Below are positions 11,856 to 24,676 of a stretch of DNA of 64,000 bases, in pieces (positions within the stretch are counted from its first letter, which is position 1; the number at the start of each line of letters is the position of its first letter). The stretch spans positions 14,807,574 through 14,871,573 of the forward strand of contig CM119263.1 of the NCBI GenBank assembly GCA_051294375.1. The letters are read 5' to 3'. The DNA is from Paraspadella gotoi. Lineage: Eukaryota; Animalia; Chaetognatha. The notes below the pieces were generated by a model. The model was not told the DNA's origin and made no database searches. It worked only from the letters and a program-made list of their open reading frames with translations. A program made the position numbers and the translations under genes.

Positions 11856-13856
11856 AACGACAACGAAAACAGCGCCGGGGGCGCGCCGATTTTCCGGCGT
11901 CCTTCGACACGCCCCGCTTCTCGGCGAGCACATCGCGGCGCATCCTTTCCATGGTATTTGCTTCGTGTCCTCATCGACGTAAACCCGTCGCACAATTTTT
12001 TCCCCTTTCCATTTCCCTTTGTCCTTTGCAACTGCGCACAACTTTTCCCCCAATTTCCTTTTGTCCTTTCGCATCTCGTTCAACCGCAATTTTTTTTTTT
12101 TTTTAGAGAATCTTCTTTTTCGCCTTCATAAGCCACGCGGCATCGGGAATTTTGCGTTGGGCTATTGAGAAGGAAATTGGGCGGACGGGGCGGTGGGAGA
12201 CGGGGTAGGTGGCGGGAAGAAGGAGCCAAGAGGGTGAGGGGAGAAAGCCAGGGAGTGTGTGGGTGTAGGGTGAGAGTGAAAGAATGCAAGAAGGAGAGCG
12301 GATAAGAGACAGCAGAGGGAGAGAAGATTTAGGCGAAAAGGAGTGGGATGAGAAATTGAAGGAAAATTAGTGATTGAAAAAAGAGGAAAACGGAACGAGG
12401 AAATATTGTCATGGGGTGAAGGTTGGAAGTAGAGAGAAAAGCGAATTCAGGACAAAGGGGCTTGAAAAACGTAGCAACTTTATTTACTACAACAGTCAAA
12501 AAATTCGTTCGACCAGAGTTACGTGAGAGAAGGAAAAACTGGAGGGTGGTTAGGAGGAAGAGAAAAGAAGGAAACGGGAAGATGTTTAAAGGTCATTCAA
12601 AGAGATAAGAGGAACAATAGAAAACATCGTCGGAGGGGAGGGGAGGAAAGGAAAGGGGGACGGGAGGAAATAAATTGTGGAAGAAAGGAAGAGAGGAAGA
12701 AAGAAATGGAGCGAGAAACGGGGGGGGTTCTACTATGTGGAACGAGTTTCAAATGCAGGATCTCGCTGAGCAAGAATTAAATTCCTTCTCTTCTGCCATC
12801 CAAAACCGTTTCCGCCTAACGACGGACTGACGACGACCGACGATCGACGATGACGACTTTGACGATCCGACTGACAACGACAAAGCTGGAATAGACCAGC
12901 GCCCGATGAGTGGGCGCGCCGTATTTCCGGCGTCCTTGCGACACGCCCCTCGCTTCTCGCCGAGGCACAATCCGCGGCGCATCCTTTCCATGGGATTATT
13001 TGCTTCGTTCCTCATCGACGTCAAACCCGTCGCCATCCAATTTTTTCTCCCTTTTTCCATTTTCCCCCTTTGTCCCTTTGCAATGCGCACAACTTTTCCC
13101 CCCAATTTCCTTTTGTCCCTTTCGCATTCTCGTTCAACGCCAATTTCTTTTTTTTTTGTTTTTTTTTTTGAGATATCTGGCTTTTTCGTCCTGTCATCAA
13201 GGCCACGCGCGCATCTGGGAATTTGGGTTGGGCTATTGAGAAGGAAATTGCGACACGGCGGCGACGTGTGTGGTGCGGAGAGAAGAGCCAAGGGTGAGGT
13301 GGGGATAGAAAGCAGAGGGAAACCAGGGGAGTGTTGTGGGTGTAGGGTGAGAGTGAAAGAATGCAAGAAGAGAGCGATAAGAGACGAGCAGAGGGAGAGA
13401 AAGATTTAGGCGAACGGAGTGGGATGAGAAATTGAAGGGAACATATTAGTGATTTGAAATAGAAAAAGATGGGAAGGAGAACGGAACGAAGGAAATATTT
13501 GTTCAGGGGTGAAGGTGTGGGAAAAAAGTAGAGAGAGAAAGATGCGAATTCAGGACAAAGGTGGCTTGAAAAACGTTTTTAGCAACTTTATTTAGCACAA
13601 CAGTCCAAATTGGTTCGGGACCAAGTAGTACTTGTGAGAGAATCGGAAAAACCTGGGAGGGTGGTTAGGAGGGCGGGGATGTTTAGCTTAGGATAAGAGG
13701 AACAAGGAAAATCTGGTCGAGAGTTTCAGGCATAAGAGATAGAGGTAACCATAGAAAATCGTGTCGGGGGAAAAGGAAACTAGGGGACGTGAAGAGCAGC
13801 GAAATAAATGTAGGAAAGGAAGAGGGGAAGAAATCGGAGCAGAGAAACGGGGGGGA
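11744..13856. repeat. About 1-kb direct tandem duplication in GIPC intron 6 (about 11744-12728 and 12729-13856), probably an assembly artefact
   Basis: The second copy is collinear with the first but full of 1-3 nt insertions. Confidence 0.85.
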
Positions 13857-14644
13857 GGTTTGAGTTGATAAAGTGATGCAGAGCAACTAAAAAAAGGGAG
13901 GAAGGAAAACATAATGAGGAAGAATGTGAGTACGGAAGGAGGAGAGAGAGAGATGAGCAGAGAGGAGAGGAGAGAGAGAGATCGAGAGAGAGAGAGAGAT
14001 AGAGAGAGAGTAGAGAGANNNNNNNNNNNNNNNNNNNNNNNNNGAGAGAGAGAAAAGGAGGATTTTGGATTGGGATAGAAAATTCCGGTCGTGAAAACAA
14101 AACAGACCAGGAAAGGCATAATTTAAAAAAGAAAAGAAATAGGAAGGAAAAGCAGGGAACGGAGGCTTAAAAGGTAAAGACTGGGGGTGAACGGAAATAC
14201 AAGACAGAAAAAAGAAAGAAAAATAAAAAAGGGAGTCTTAAAGAAAAGGAAAAAGGAGAAAGGCGGAGAAGGGAAAGGAAAACATTTCTCTCTCCCCTCC
14301 CCCCAAAAAAAAGAAAGAAAGAAAAAAAAGGAGACTGGGAGAGAAAAAAAAGGGAGAAAATCGTTTTCAAAGCTCTTTTCATTTTTATTTTAAGCAGATC
14401 GTTTCGACTTTTTCGCTACTTTTCCGCTTCTCGAACGCGAACTCTACTTTTAGGTTTCCCTTTTTCTTTTTTTTCTCTTTTTTGTTTTTTTTCTGCATTT
14501 TTAAAGTCGGTAGCGTTAAAAGCGTCGCTTGTCTTCATTATTTGTCCGTTACTATAGTAAGACGGAGAGAAAACGCGAGAGTACTTTAAATCAGTATTAA
14601 AGTATTAGTCGAACTATACTGGACTTCACGACCCAAAATTTCAC

Positions 14645-14773
14645 CTCTGGATCGAAGTCTAAGCGTCTCCCGTCCGGATCCCATCGACGAACTTCCCGAT
14701 TTTTTGGAGGGCGCAGCGATCGCCGAGAACCCAGACTTGAGAGGCTCCACCAGGCGGACCACGAACGTCGTTC
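14645..14773 (-). CDS. GIPC: GIPC coding exon 6
   Basis: CCCCAG| acceptor and |GTGAAA donor, phase 1-1; GTTFVVRLVEPLKSGF...GSGRETLRLRSRG. Confidence 0.92.
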
Positions 14774-15118
14774 CTGGGGAAAAACAAAACGCAAAACCAA
14801 TTACTATGGTTACAGACTTACAGTAGTAGAAACTGCCTAAAAACAAGTCGTTTGTGACCGTAAATCAAAAATCAAATCCTCATAAAGTTGATAAACCAAA
14901 CAAGTGAAATTTATTTAGAACCAATTTCTTTAAATTTATCTATTGGCCATGGGCTTAAAAAAAAGAAAGAAAAAAAATCGGAATTCCCCTGATAGAGATG
15001 ACGGAGCCAAGGTTTTAATGGCCACCGATTGCACCGGCCCACGTGCCCAACCCTCTTTCCCTCAAATGTCGATAACTTCGATAAAAAAGGACGGAAGCGA
15101 CGGTGAAGACATTCAAGT

Positions 15119-15130
15119 CGACGACGACGA

Positions 15131-15204
<74 letters not shown>

Positions 15205-15211
15205 GCGACGA
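15119..15211. repeat. (GAC/GGC)n microsatellite in a GIPC intron
   Basis: About 30 GAC units interrupted by GGC. Confidence 0.95.
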
Positions 15212-15280
15212 CACATTCCTGGCATCAATTTTAACCGGAACTAGAGTTCATCGTTGCCGTATCAAGGTCTCAATCTATCG

Positions 15281-15430
15281 ATCTATTTAAGTATTTATCT
15301 TTTTATCTATTTATGTATTTATCTATTTATCTATTTATCTATTTATCTAATTATCTATTTATCTATTTATCTATTTATCTATTTATCTATTTATCTATTT
15401 ATCTATTTAATATATCTATCTTCTAATCTA
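15281..15430. repeat. (ATCTATTT)n octamer repeat
   Basis: Degenerate tandem ATCTATTT array. Confidence 0.9.
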
Positions 15431-15994
15431 TTCTATTATTTTTTTCTCTCTCTCTCTGTTTCATCTATTTCTATCTTTTAATCTAATTCTCAAACCTTGC
15501 AAACGTTATCAAACTGATAAAAAAAAAAGAAAAGCAAGCAGACAACAATCGTTGACAACTGAAAGGCGACTTATCGACAAAACGAGGCAGGCGCAGCCAT
15601 CGTTGATGGCTCGAGTCGCGCGGCGACAAAGCATCGTCATGGTCGTCGACGCCATCATCGTCGTCGACGTCACGGAGTCGTCGTCGTCGTCGTCGCGTCG
15701 ATTTTCGTCTCTTTCCCTCGACGTAAATAGCTTACTCGATACTCGAGTCTAGTAAAACCTATAAATTTGTTTTCGTGTCTCGCGTTTATCGACATAAAAA
15801 TAATCTTTCTTTTCGCGTCTTTAGCGACGCAGCCTTTCCGAGGGTGAAAAAAAAATGGCGGGGCCCCTCAATTCGATTTAGTCGGCTGCGACGGAGTAGA
15901 AACTTAGAATACTTAGAGGCTGTCACATAATTTCAATAATTTCGTACAGTCTGATCGTCTTCTTCCTTAGCACATCCCACTTTTAAGTATTGAC

Positions 15995-16117
15995 CTTTGG
16001 GAATTTCTTTGAGCATTTTGGCGACTTCGTAATGTCGACTTCCGATGAGGCAGACGTCGTTGATTTTCTCGATGTGGTCGCCGACTTGGACTAGACTGAT
16101 GCGGTCCATGATAGAAC
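15995..16117 (-). CDS. GIPC: GIPC coding exon 5 (C-terminal half of PDZ)
   Basis: Not in the ORF track; translates [41 protein letters not shown]; CAG| acceptor, weak |GTCAAT donor, phase 1-1. Confidence 0.92.
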
Positions 16118-16868
16118 CTGTCCGAAGGGTGGAGGGAGGGCATTAATAAAAGGGCGTTGACATACGGATGAAATGATGATATATGTCTTTAACGTCGACG
16201 AGGAAGGAGCAGAAAGTGTAAACGAAGGTACATTATCTTTGAAATAAAAAGATCCTTAGATGACGACAATAATAATCCCCGTAATCGATAACAAAAACGA
16301 AAACCAAGAGTTAACGGAACATTTTATACTGTCACGCGATCCGAGAAATAATAAATGCAGATCGAAAATTAATTCCCACAATTCGCGACTTAAATGCCGG
16401 CTTAAGTCGTCTCTCTTTTTTTGGCAAGCCTAACGGAGAAAAAAACATAACAACAAAACATTGTGCTTTTATGGAAAACATTGTCGTAAAACATCAACAT
16501 CTTTCTCCTCATCTTGATTCGGGGAAAAAAAGATTATGCTCGAGCAATAAAAAAAAAAATACGCGTGTTTGGCGATAAAGTAAACAAGCGCATGATGAAA
16601 CAAGTCGGGAGAAGGTCAAGAAAAGTAAAGAAACGAAGATGACAAATAAACAAACGAAAAACGAGACGAAGATGCAATTTTAAAAAGGGTCATCACTCGT
16701 GACGGAGCGGGGGAAAGAGACGGATTCTTTTTTTTTTACAATACAAATATGAGTAAAAAAAATAATATAAGTAAAATTTCCCGAATTTCTCTCTCAACCT
16801 CGTACGCTTTCATCCTCTCACCCTCCTATACTTTCTCTTCACTTACCATCTTTCTCTTCCTCACTCAC

Positions 16869-17037
16869 CCTCTTTAATTCTCTTTATGAAGGCGTAACCG
16901 GCTCCATTGTCCGTGATGGTCAGGCCCAACGCGTCTTCGTTCTTCACGACTTCGATCTCTTTGGCCTGACCTTTGCGATGGGCGAAGATGAAGTCCTCCA
17001 GGCCGATCTGGCCGCCGAGGAGGCGACTCATATCCGC
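16869..17037 (-). CDS. GIPC: GIPC coding exon 4 (end of GH1, start of PDZ)
   Basis: [20 protein letters not shown]...[22 protein letters not shown]; CAG| acceptor, |GTGAGT donor, phase 0-1. Confidence 0.95.
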
Positions 17038-17425
17038 CTGTTTCACGGATCAATTTAAAAGGTTTCGGCATTTTAAAAAAATATGTAAAATTTAAAACAT
17101 AAAATTGTTAAAAAGTTTAAACATATTTTAATATTCAGTTATTTTTATTATTATAGAATTACAAGTAGTATTATAAGGTAGTTTATACGTAGTATTATAT
17201 CAATTTGAATTGAGCGATCCCAATTAAAGCTTTCGCTCTGTTAAATAACACCCATTATCAAAAAGTGTCCTCAAGCTCGTTAACTCCTATAAAGATATTT
17301 TCTGTTGTGCGTAAACTGTATTAGTATTGTGGCGTGCGCCCTCTCTCTCGCGACCCGGTTACAAAATGATCAACTCGCGTTTAACCTATTTAGTTGAAAG
17401 GTTTGGTTTTCCATGTTTCCCTCAC

Positions 17426-17627
17426 CTTGTGAGTGTTGAGGGTGCAGAAGAGAATCTCAGAGACGGAGATGTCGTAACAGTCAGCGATCTTCTGGTAGAG
17501 CTCTTTCACGTTGGTGAACCCGGAGATGATGCCCGTGGGACTCCCGTGCGCCAGTTGGCAGTGGAACACCAGCTTGGGACGGGGAAGCCCCGCCCCCGAC
17601 CCGGACATCGCCGCCGCGTCCGATTGG
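17426..17627 (-). CDS. GIPC: GIPC coding exon 3 (GH1 domain)
   Basis: [17 protein letters not shown]...[12 protein letters not shown]...[11 protein letters not shown]; TACTCAG| acceptor, |GTGAGG donor, phase 2-0. Confidence 0.95.
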
Positions 17628-19942
17628 CTGAGTAGAAAGAGGGGGGGGGGAGAGAAAAGGTGGAGAAGGTGGGGGGAGGGAGGTGGAAGGAGAAAAAGAA
17701 TAAAGGGGATGTAATCGAAACTATAGATACGGCATTAGGTAATTCCTTTCACGCTTAAACATTTCAATTAAATTTATTCTTTTAACATCGACGTTTACAT
17801 TTTTCAATGTATTTTTCAAATTGGCGATTTCCCGAAGTCTCACTCATCAGCTCAGTTATTAAACGAATGGATAATTTTTTTATATTAGTTATTAGTTAGT
17901 CTTTCTGTCCGAGCGTCATTATGTCCATCTCTCTGTCTGTCTCTCTGTTGGCCCATTAGCATATATCCGGTCCTTTACCTCCCTTTTTTCTCTCGTCCTC
18001 GTCCAGAGTCAATCGGTCGTTGAGCAGGAAGATCGGGTTGAGGGAGACCGGGGAAGGGGAACGGGGCCGGACCCGGGGCGGGGTGGACAAGCGCTTAAAT
18101 CCCGCGAAGCCTTCATTTTCATTACAAAAAATGAATAATGGATTAAAGTTAATTTAACAGCGGACGGTCAACGNNNNNNNNNNNNNNNNNNNNNNNNNNN
18201 NNNNNNNNNNNNNNNNNNNNNNNNNNNNNNNNNNNNNNNNNNNNNNNNNNNNNNNNNNNNNNNNNNNNNNNNNNNNNNNNNNNNNNNNNNNNNNNNNNNN
18301 NNNNNNNNNNNNNNNNNNNNNNNNNNNNNNNNNNNNNNNNNNNNNNNNNNNNNNNNNNNNNNNNNNNNNNNNNNNNNNNNNNNNNNNNNNNTTTTTGTAC
18401 AGACGAAAAAATTGGCACGATACAACGGTCGCTTTTTAGGAGTTCAAAAAGTAAGATGCTTTTCAAGTTATTTGCTAAACCGTTTCGTGATAGTTTGAGT
18501 TAATCACGTTGTATTAAAGACGAACAAATTTATTTCAGATGGACTACACTATTAAAAAGGTTTAACAAACAATGCTTATTAGTAGTAGGTTCAGTAAAAA
18601 AAAANNNNNNNNNNNNNNNNNNNNNNNNNNNNNNNNNNNNNNNNNNNNNNNNNNNNNNNNNNNNNNNNNNNNNNNNNNNNNNNNNNNNNNNNNNNNNNNN
18701 NNNNNNNNNNNNNNNNNNNNNNNNNNNNNNNNNNNNNNNNNNNNNNNNNNNNNNNNNNNNNNNNNNNNNNNNNNNNNNNNNNNNNNNNNNNNNNNNNNNA
18801 GAGAGGAAGAGGAACGAATACTATTCGCTAAAAGAATTAGGGTAAAGGGTGAAGACAAGGTCACGAGAAGGATTAGGGATAAATGAAAAGAAAGATTAAA
18901 GAATTCGGGAGAATGATGCGCGTGGGAGGACTTTGAAAAACGAAGTTAATTTTAAAGATTTATTAAAGATTAGCCTGGGATTAGAGAGGGCGGGGCAGAT
19001 TAAGAGAGAGATATTGAAGATATTCAGAAAGGAATGCAAGTTAAGATTATGGGAAGGATTAGAAGGCGCCGGGAAAGGAATAGATTATATAGGAAAGCCA
19101 AAAGCAATTTGGGTTAAGGAGCTAGAAAATCGGGGAAGGGGGGCTGGAAAATGGGTGGAAAATGGAAAGGGCAGCGAGAATCGAAGGCGACAGCCAAACC
19201 GGTGAGTAGTGATGAATTAGACTCAACATTAGGGCNNNNNNNNNNAAAAAATGGAGACCATTCCCGTTGGCACGACGCGGCTTAAGTAAGAGGAATGTGC
19301 GAAGAAATCCAAACAATTTTTTTTTTTGCCTTCGACTCGTATTAAACAAAAATAAATATTCGATACGGAAAACAAGAGTGAGATTCCTAAACCCAGAGGG
19401 GCAAAAGAGAGAGGGAGAGAGAGGGAGGAAATGGGAGGGAAGGAAAGTTGGATGCTCGCGTGTGTTTGTCCGAGTTAATCGCGCGTCTCCTAAACCTTTT
19501 CTCTCTTTCACTTCTCCGCGTAGCGACGGAAAAAAAAAGTTGAAAAACGCATTTTTAGTTTCCGTGATGAACGACTCACAAATTTCATGGTCCAACGACG
19601 AAGATAATCACGTCACAACACTTTTTTTTTTTTGCCTTCGAACAAATAAATGTATTCTGGTCCCGAACCAATTTTCAGACGAGGAGAAAGAAAAGAAAAG
19701 AGAGATGGAGAGAGAGAGAGAGAGGGAGAGACGCGGGGGAAAATTAAAGTCTCAAAGGCTTGAATGGGTTTAAATGGAAAGCCTCAAAAATTCTCGGGCA
19801 ATTAGATATTCATTGCTTTGGGGTTGATTGCCATTTGGAAAGAACTGAATATTCTTGTTTTTTCTCTCTCTCATCTGTTTTTCCTTCCTCTTAACATCTC
19901 TCTCTCTCTCTCTCTCTNNNNNNNNNNNNNNNNNNNNNNNNN

Positions 19943-22900
19943 GAGGAGAGAGAGAGAGAGCGAGAGAGAGAGAGTCACGGGGTCGACGGCATGAATTCTA
20001 AGGTGGAATTTTCCGATATAGAAACAGAAATTTGAATAAAAGTGAGAAAAAGAGGATAGAGGAAACAATGTAGTTTTAAAAAAAAAACCCGAGAGGAGGG
20101 CGAGGGAGAAAAAAAAAAACAAAAAAATAAAAAAGAAAAAAAGAAAAGGAAAAGGGAAGGAGCAAAAAAATACGAGGGGAAATGGAGTGGAGAGAAAATT
20201 GGTCCAATTTGCGCTCGACTCGAAGAAAATGAAATTCGGGTCGGCGACCGATGACGACGCCCGGAAGACGACGACGAATATCGAGTATCACGTTGACGGC
20301 GGTGACTGGTGACGGTGGTGACCGCGACGGGAAATCTTGATTGTCATTTCGCAATGACGGGGATTTTCGATGCGTGTGAGATAACTTTGTGAAACCGAAT
20401 TTGTCGCGACTGTAAAATGCATGGAAGACAGACGCTGTCGCTGGTTGAATTAAAAACGACGATAGCTAAGTTTGAAACTTTGTTTTTTTATGGGGAAACG
20501 TAAAAAATAATGAAAATAAAAATTATTCCCTGGGGAAAGAGAAAGTGAGATTATTCCGTTTATCTTACGTACAACAAGCGAGGCATGTACTTAAGATTAC
20601 TTAGTTAGAAGGAAGGAAGGGAATGAAAGAGAGAAAGAGAGAGAAAGGAGAAGAGAGGAGAGAGAGATGAGAGAGAAGAGAGAGAGGGAGAAGAGAGAAG
20701 ACGAGAGTGAAGGAGAGAGACGAGAGATGGTGTGTGAGTGTGTGGAGTTTTAGAATTACAACGTTCGTAAAGTCGAGTATCAGGGAACATATTGGTTTTA
20801 CATAAGACTTCAGGATGAACCCACTGGAATACGGAATTCTTCTTATAAATTTTTATTTTTTTATTCTTTCGATTTAAAACATCAATTTATAAGTGAGGAG
20901 AATAGAAAAAAATAAGGATGGGGCGGGACGCAGCAGGCAATGAAAAAGAGAGGGGGGCGACGAGGGTTCGGGATGAAGGGGAGAGGCAAAGGAGTTTTTT
21001 TATGGATGTTGAGTTTAGTTCGGCAGACATAAACGACTCTTTACGGTCCAGTGCGAAATTGGAGAAAAGAGAACTGAGCCCGAGAGATGAAGAAGGCTTG
21101 TTTTTTTTTTCGAATCTCTCTCTTTTCTCTCTGCTTTTTTTTTTCTTTTCTTTCTATCAAACTCTGCAAAATTTTCAGCTCTATCTTACAATTAATCTCT
21201 CTGTTCAGTCTTTCCTATTTAGATTTGATAGTATTAAAACTGTTTTAAGAAACGAACGTCATATTTACGAACAGCAACCCATGCACGTTGGATATAAAAA
21301 GACCTTGTTTTTATAGGGTTGGTTCCCCTTGCCACGGCGGAAAACAAAACAAAAATTAAGTTCGGCCCCGCACGGCAAAAAAATAATAAAAAAAGAAAAA
21401 CTTTTGTTCTTCGAGTGAAAATCGTAAAAATTCTTTGAATTCGCGGGCTCAGAAAGGTCCACCACAACCCTTGATTTTCCTTTTTGTCAATTGTAACTCT
21501 TAAAAATAGAAAGCCAACAGGGACTGGGCGAACCTGTTCAGTAGTAAAGTTTAGCTGATAATGTTTAAATAGATTTTCATTTACATTTTGCTTTCATAAA
21601 TTTTCTAGTCCCGAGCACCGCCCCAGACCTTCACGCGGTTTGGCCGTACGGTCGGACCGGAAGTCATTATAAGGACTGGCGGGAGGCGAGGCGGAAGTAG
21701 GGTGGCGCGGGACCTACCTCGACGCGCCCGGCGCCCCCGCTCCGCATCCTGAGCCAAGGGAAAGAAAGGAAACTGACGATACGCTAGAAGATCTACGGGT
21801 TTATATCGAGTTAGAGAGCCAGCAAAGTAAATAAGCCGGACTGACAAAACTACAATTAAACACGAGCGCACAAATGACGGGCTGGGTAGACAGAGTACAG
21901 TTAAGGATGACAAAACAGAGTACCATAAGCGCCCAACTGCGCCTTTCGTTGAGCAACCGCTGGCCGCGTGCTCTCTCTGCTCGAGCGGTCTCGACGCTGG
22001 CGACATTAACAAACTTCCGCACATTAACTTACATGAGTAACTCAAAACCAGTTATCAATCGTTACATCTCGTCTCAAACAGCCCCGAGCAGTACTCGCTG
22101 CCGCTTCGCTGCGAGAATATGGAGCGAGGAAATTTTGTGCTCATAGAGGTATGCATGGGGCCAATTGCAGAGAACAATGGCAGGAAACAGGGTGGCAATG
22201 CCAGAAGATATATTATCGAACGGAAAATCGGAACATGATTATAGAGTAAAGAAAAAAGAAAGAAAATGAACAAAAACTCAAACAAAATGCCAAACAAAAC
22301 AGACTAAAAACGAAAAAAAAAGCAAACAAAGCGAAACTCAAAAACGAAAGAAAAAAGGGATTACCTGCGGCTCGAATGGACCCGCGGCAGGTGTCGGCCT
22401 TCCCAGGGCCCCAACGCGCGCCGGGAGCTCACTGGGGAAAGCGCGGCCGACAGGCCCGGAGGGGAGAGCGAAAGGATAAGAGGCGCGGGAAAGCGGTGAA
22501 GTCGGACAGGCGACGGAATGCAGAAGTATGGACGACTCACAAGGCATACACTGGGCAAAGACATCAAAAGACCAGGGCGATGGCAGAATGACAGGTAGCA
22601 CCTGACAGTGAGAGAGATAGAGCCAGAGATGAGACGAAGGAAGTAGAAAGAGAGGACAGAACGGCGACGGCCTAAGAAGAGGAAAGAGACCAGCTCTGAC
22701 GAGCGTCTCTCTCTCTCTCTCCCGACAACGCATCCAACTCTCGCAGACTTTGCATTTCTCCTCCTTTCGAAGACGAGATTCTCGGTTTTAATTAACGATT
22801 TAATGTTTAATCATTAAGTTTAATGTCGGAAGTTTTATGTCCCGCGTCGGAACTCGAGAGAAGACGCGGCCACGTTGCTAACGAAGCCAGTTTGTATCGT

Positions 22901-23955
22901 TTTTTAACGAGCGCCGGCGCTGTTTTAATTGTATTTTTATTGCTTATTAATTGCGTTCATAAAACCCGTAGATTTCGATCGAGTTCTTGAAGGAAACTCC
23001 GCGCCACGCCTACTCCGCCTCGCCTCCCCGCCGTCCTTTATGACTTCCGGTCCGACGTAGGCCAAACCGCGGGAGGTCGGGGCGGTGCTCGGGACTAGGA
23101 AATATTTATGAAAGCAAAATGTAAAATGAAATTATTTAAACATTATCGCTTAACTTTACTCTGACAGGTTCGCAGTCCCTGTTGGCGTTTCTATTTTTAG
23201 AGTTACAATTGACAAAAAGGAAAATCAAGGGTTGTGGTGGACTTTCTGAGCCGCGAATTCAAAGAATTTTTACGATTTTCATCGAAGAACAAAAGTTTTT
23301 TTATTTTTTTATTTTTTTTTGGTGGGGGCGAATTAATTTTTGTTTGATTTTCCGCGCAAGGGGAACAACCTATAAAACAAGGTCTTTTATTCAACGTATG
23401 GGTGCTGTCGTAAATATGAGTTCGTTTAAACAGTTTTTAATACTTGATCAAATCTAAATAGAAAGACTGAAAGAGAGATTAATTGTAAGATAGAGTGAAA
23501 GATTTTGAGAGTTTGATAGAAAGAAAAAGAAAAAAAAAAGAGAGAGAAAGAGAGAGATTCGGAAAAAAAAAAGTTCTTCATTCCGGCTCATTCTCTTTTC
23601 TCCATTTCGCACTGACCGTAAAGAGTCATTTATATCTGTCCGAACTAAACTCACATCCATAAAAAACTCCTTTGCCTCTCCCCTTCTCCCGACCCGTCGC
23701 CCCCGCTCTTCTTTTCATTGCCTGCCCGTCCCGCCCCATCCTTTTTTTTTATTTCCTCCTTTAAATTGATGTTTTAAATCGAAAGAATAAAAAAAAAAAA
23801 TTCTATAGAAGAATTCCGATTCAGGGTTCATCCTGAAGTCTTATGTAAAAACCAATTGTTCCCTGTTCGCTTTACAAGTGTAATTCTAACTCGCACACAC
23901 TCACACACCATGCTCTCTCTCTCTCCTTCTCTCTCTCTCTCTCTTCTCCCTCTCT

Positions 23956-24004
<49 letters not shown>

Positions 24005-24602
24005 TTCATTCCCTTCCTTCCCTTCTAACTAAGTAATCTAAGTACATGCCTCGCTGTTCGTGTAAGCGAATCAATCTCACTTTCTCTTTCCAGGATAATT
24101 TTATATTTTTTATTTTTTACGTTTCCCCATAAAAACAAGTTTCAACTTAGCTATCGTCGTTTAATCACAGCAGCGAAGCGTCGTCTTCCATGATACAGTC
24201 GCGACAATTCGTTCACCAGAGTTTCTCACCGCTCGAAAATCTCCCGTCATTGCGAAATGACATCAAGATTTCCCGTCGCGGTCACCGTCACCGTCACCGG
24301 CGTCAACGTCGATATCGTCTTCGTCGTCGTCGTCGTCGTCTTCGTCGTCGTCATCGTGTCGCCGGCCCGAATTCATTTTTCGAGTCGAGTCGCAAATTGG
24401 ACCAATTTTCTCTCCACTCCATTTCCCCTCGTTATTTTTGCTCCCTTCCTTCTTTTCCCTTTTCTTTTTTTTTTTTCTCCCCTCGCCCCCTCTCGGGGTT
24501 TTTATTTAAAACTACTTTGTTTCCCTCTCCTCTTTTTTCTCACTTTTTATTCAAATTCTGTTTCTATTCGAAATTCCTCCTTAGAATTCTGCGTCGACCC
24601 CG

Positions 24603-24672
<70 letters not shown>
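19943..24672. repeat. Large inverted repeat (arms about 19943-22150 and 22720-24672), probably a fold-back read artefact
   Basis: For example 21601-21710 is the reverse complement of about 22998-23102; the left arm gains more and more insertions towards the centre and abuts an N-gap. Confidence 0.85.
22998..23095 (-). promoter_or_regulatory. GC-rich promoter-like element (ETS CCGGAAGT and GC box); mirror copy at about 21610-21710
   Basis: ACTTCCGG at 23043-23050 and GGGGCGG at about 23079, in a short GC island within AT-rich intron. Motif evidence only. Confidence 0.35.
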
Positions 24673-24676
<4 letters not shown>

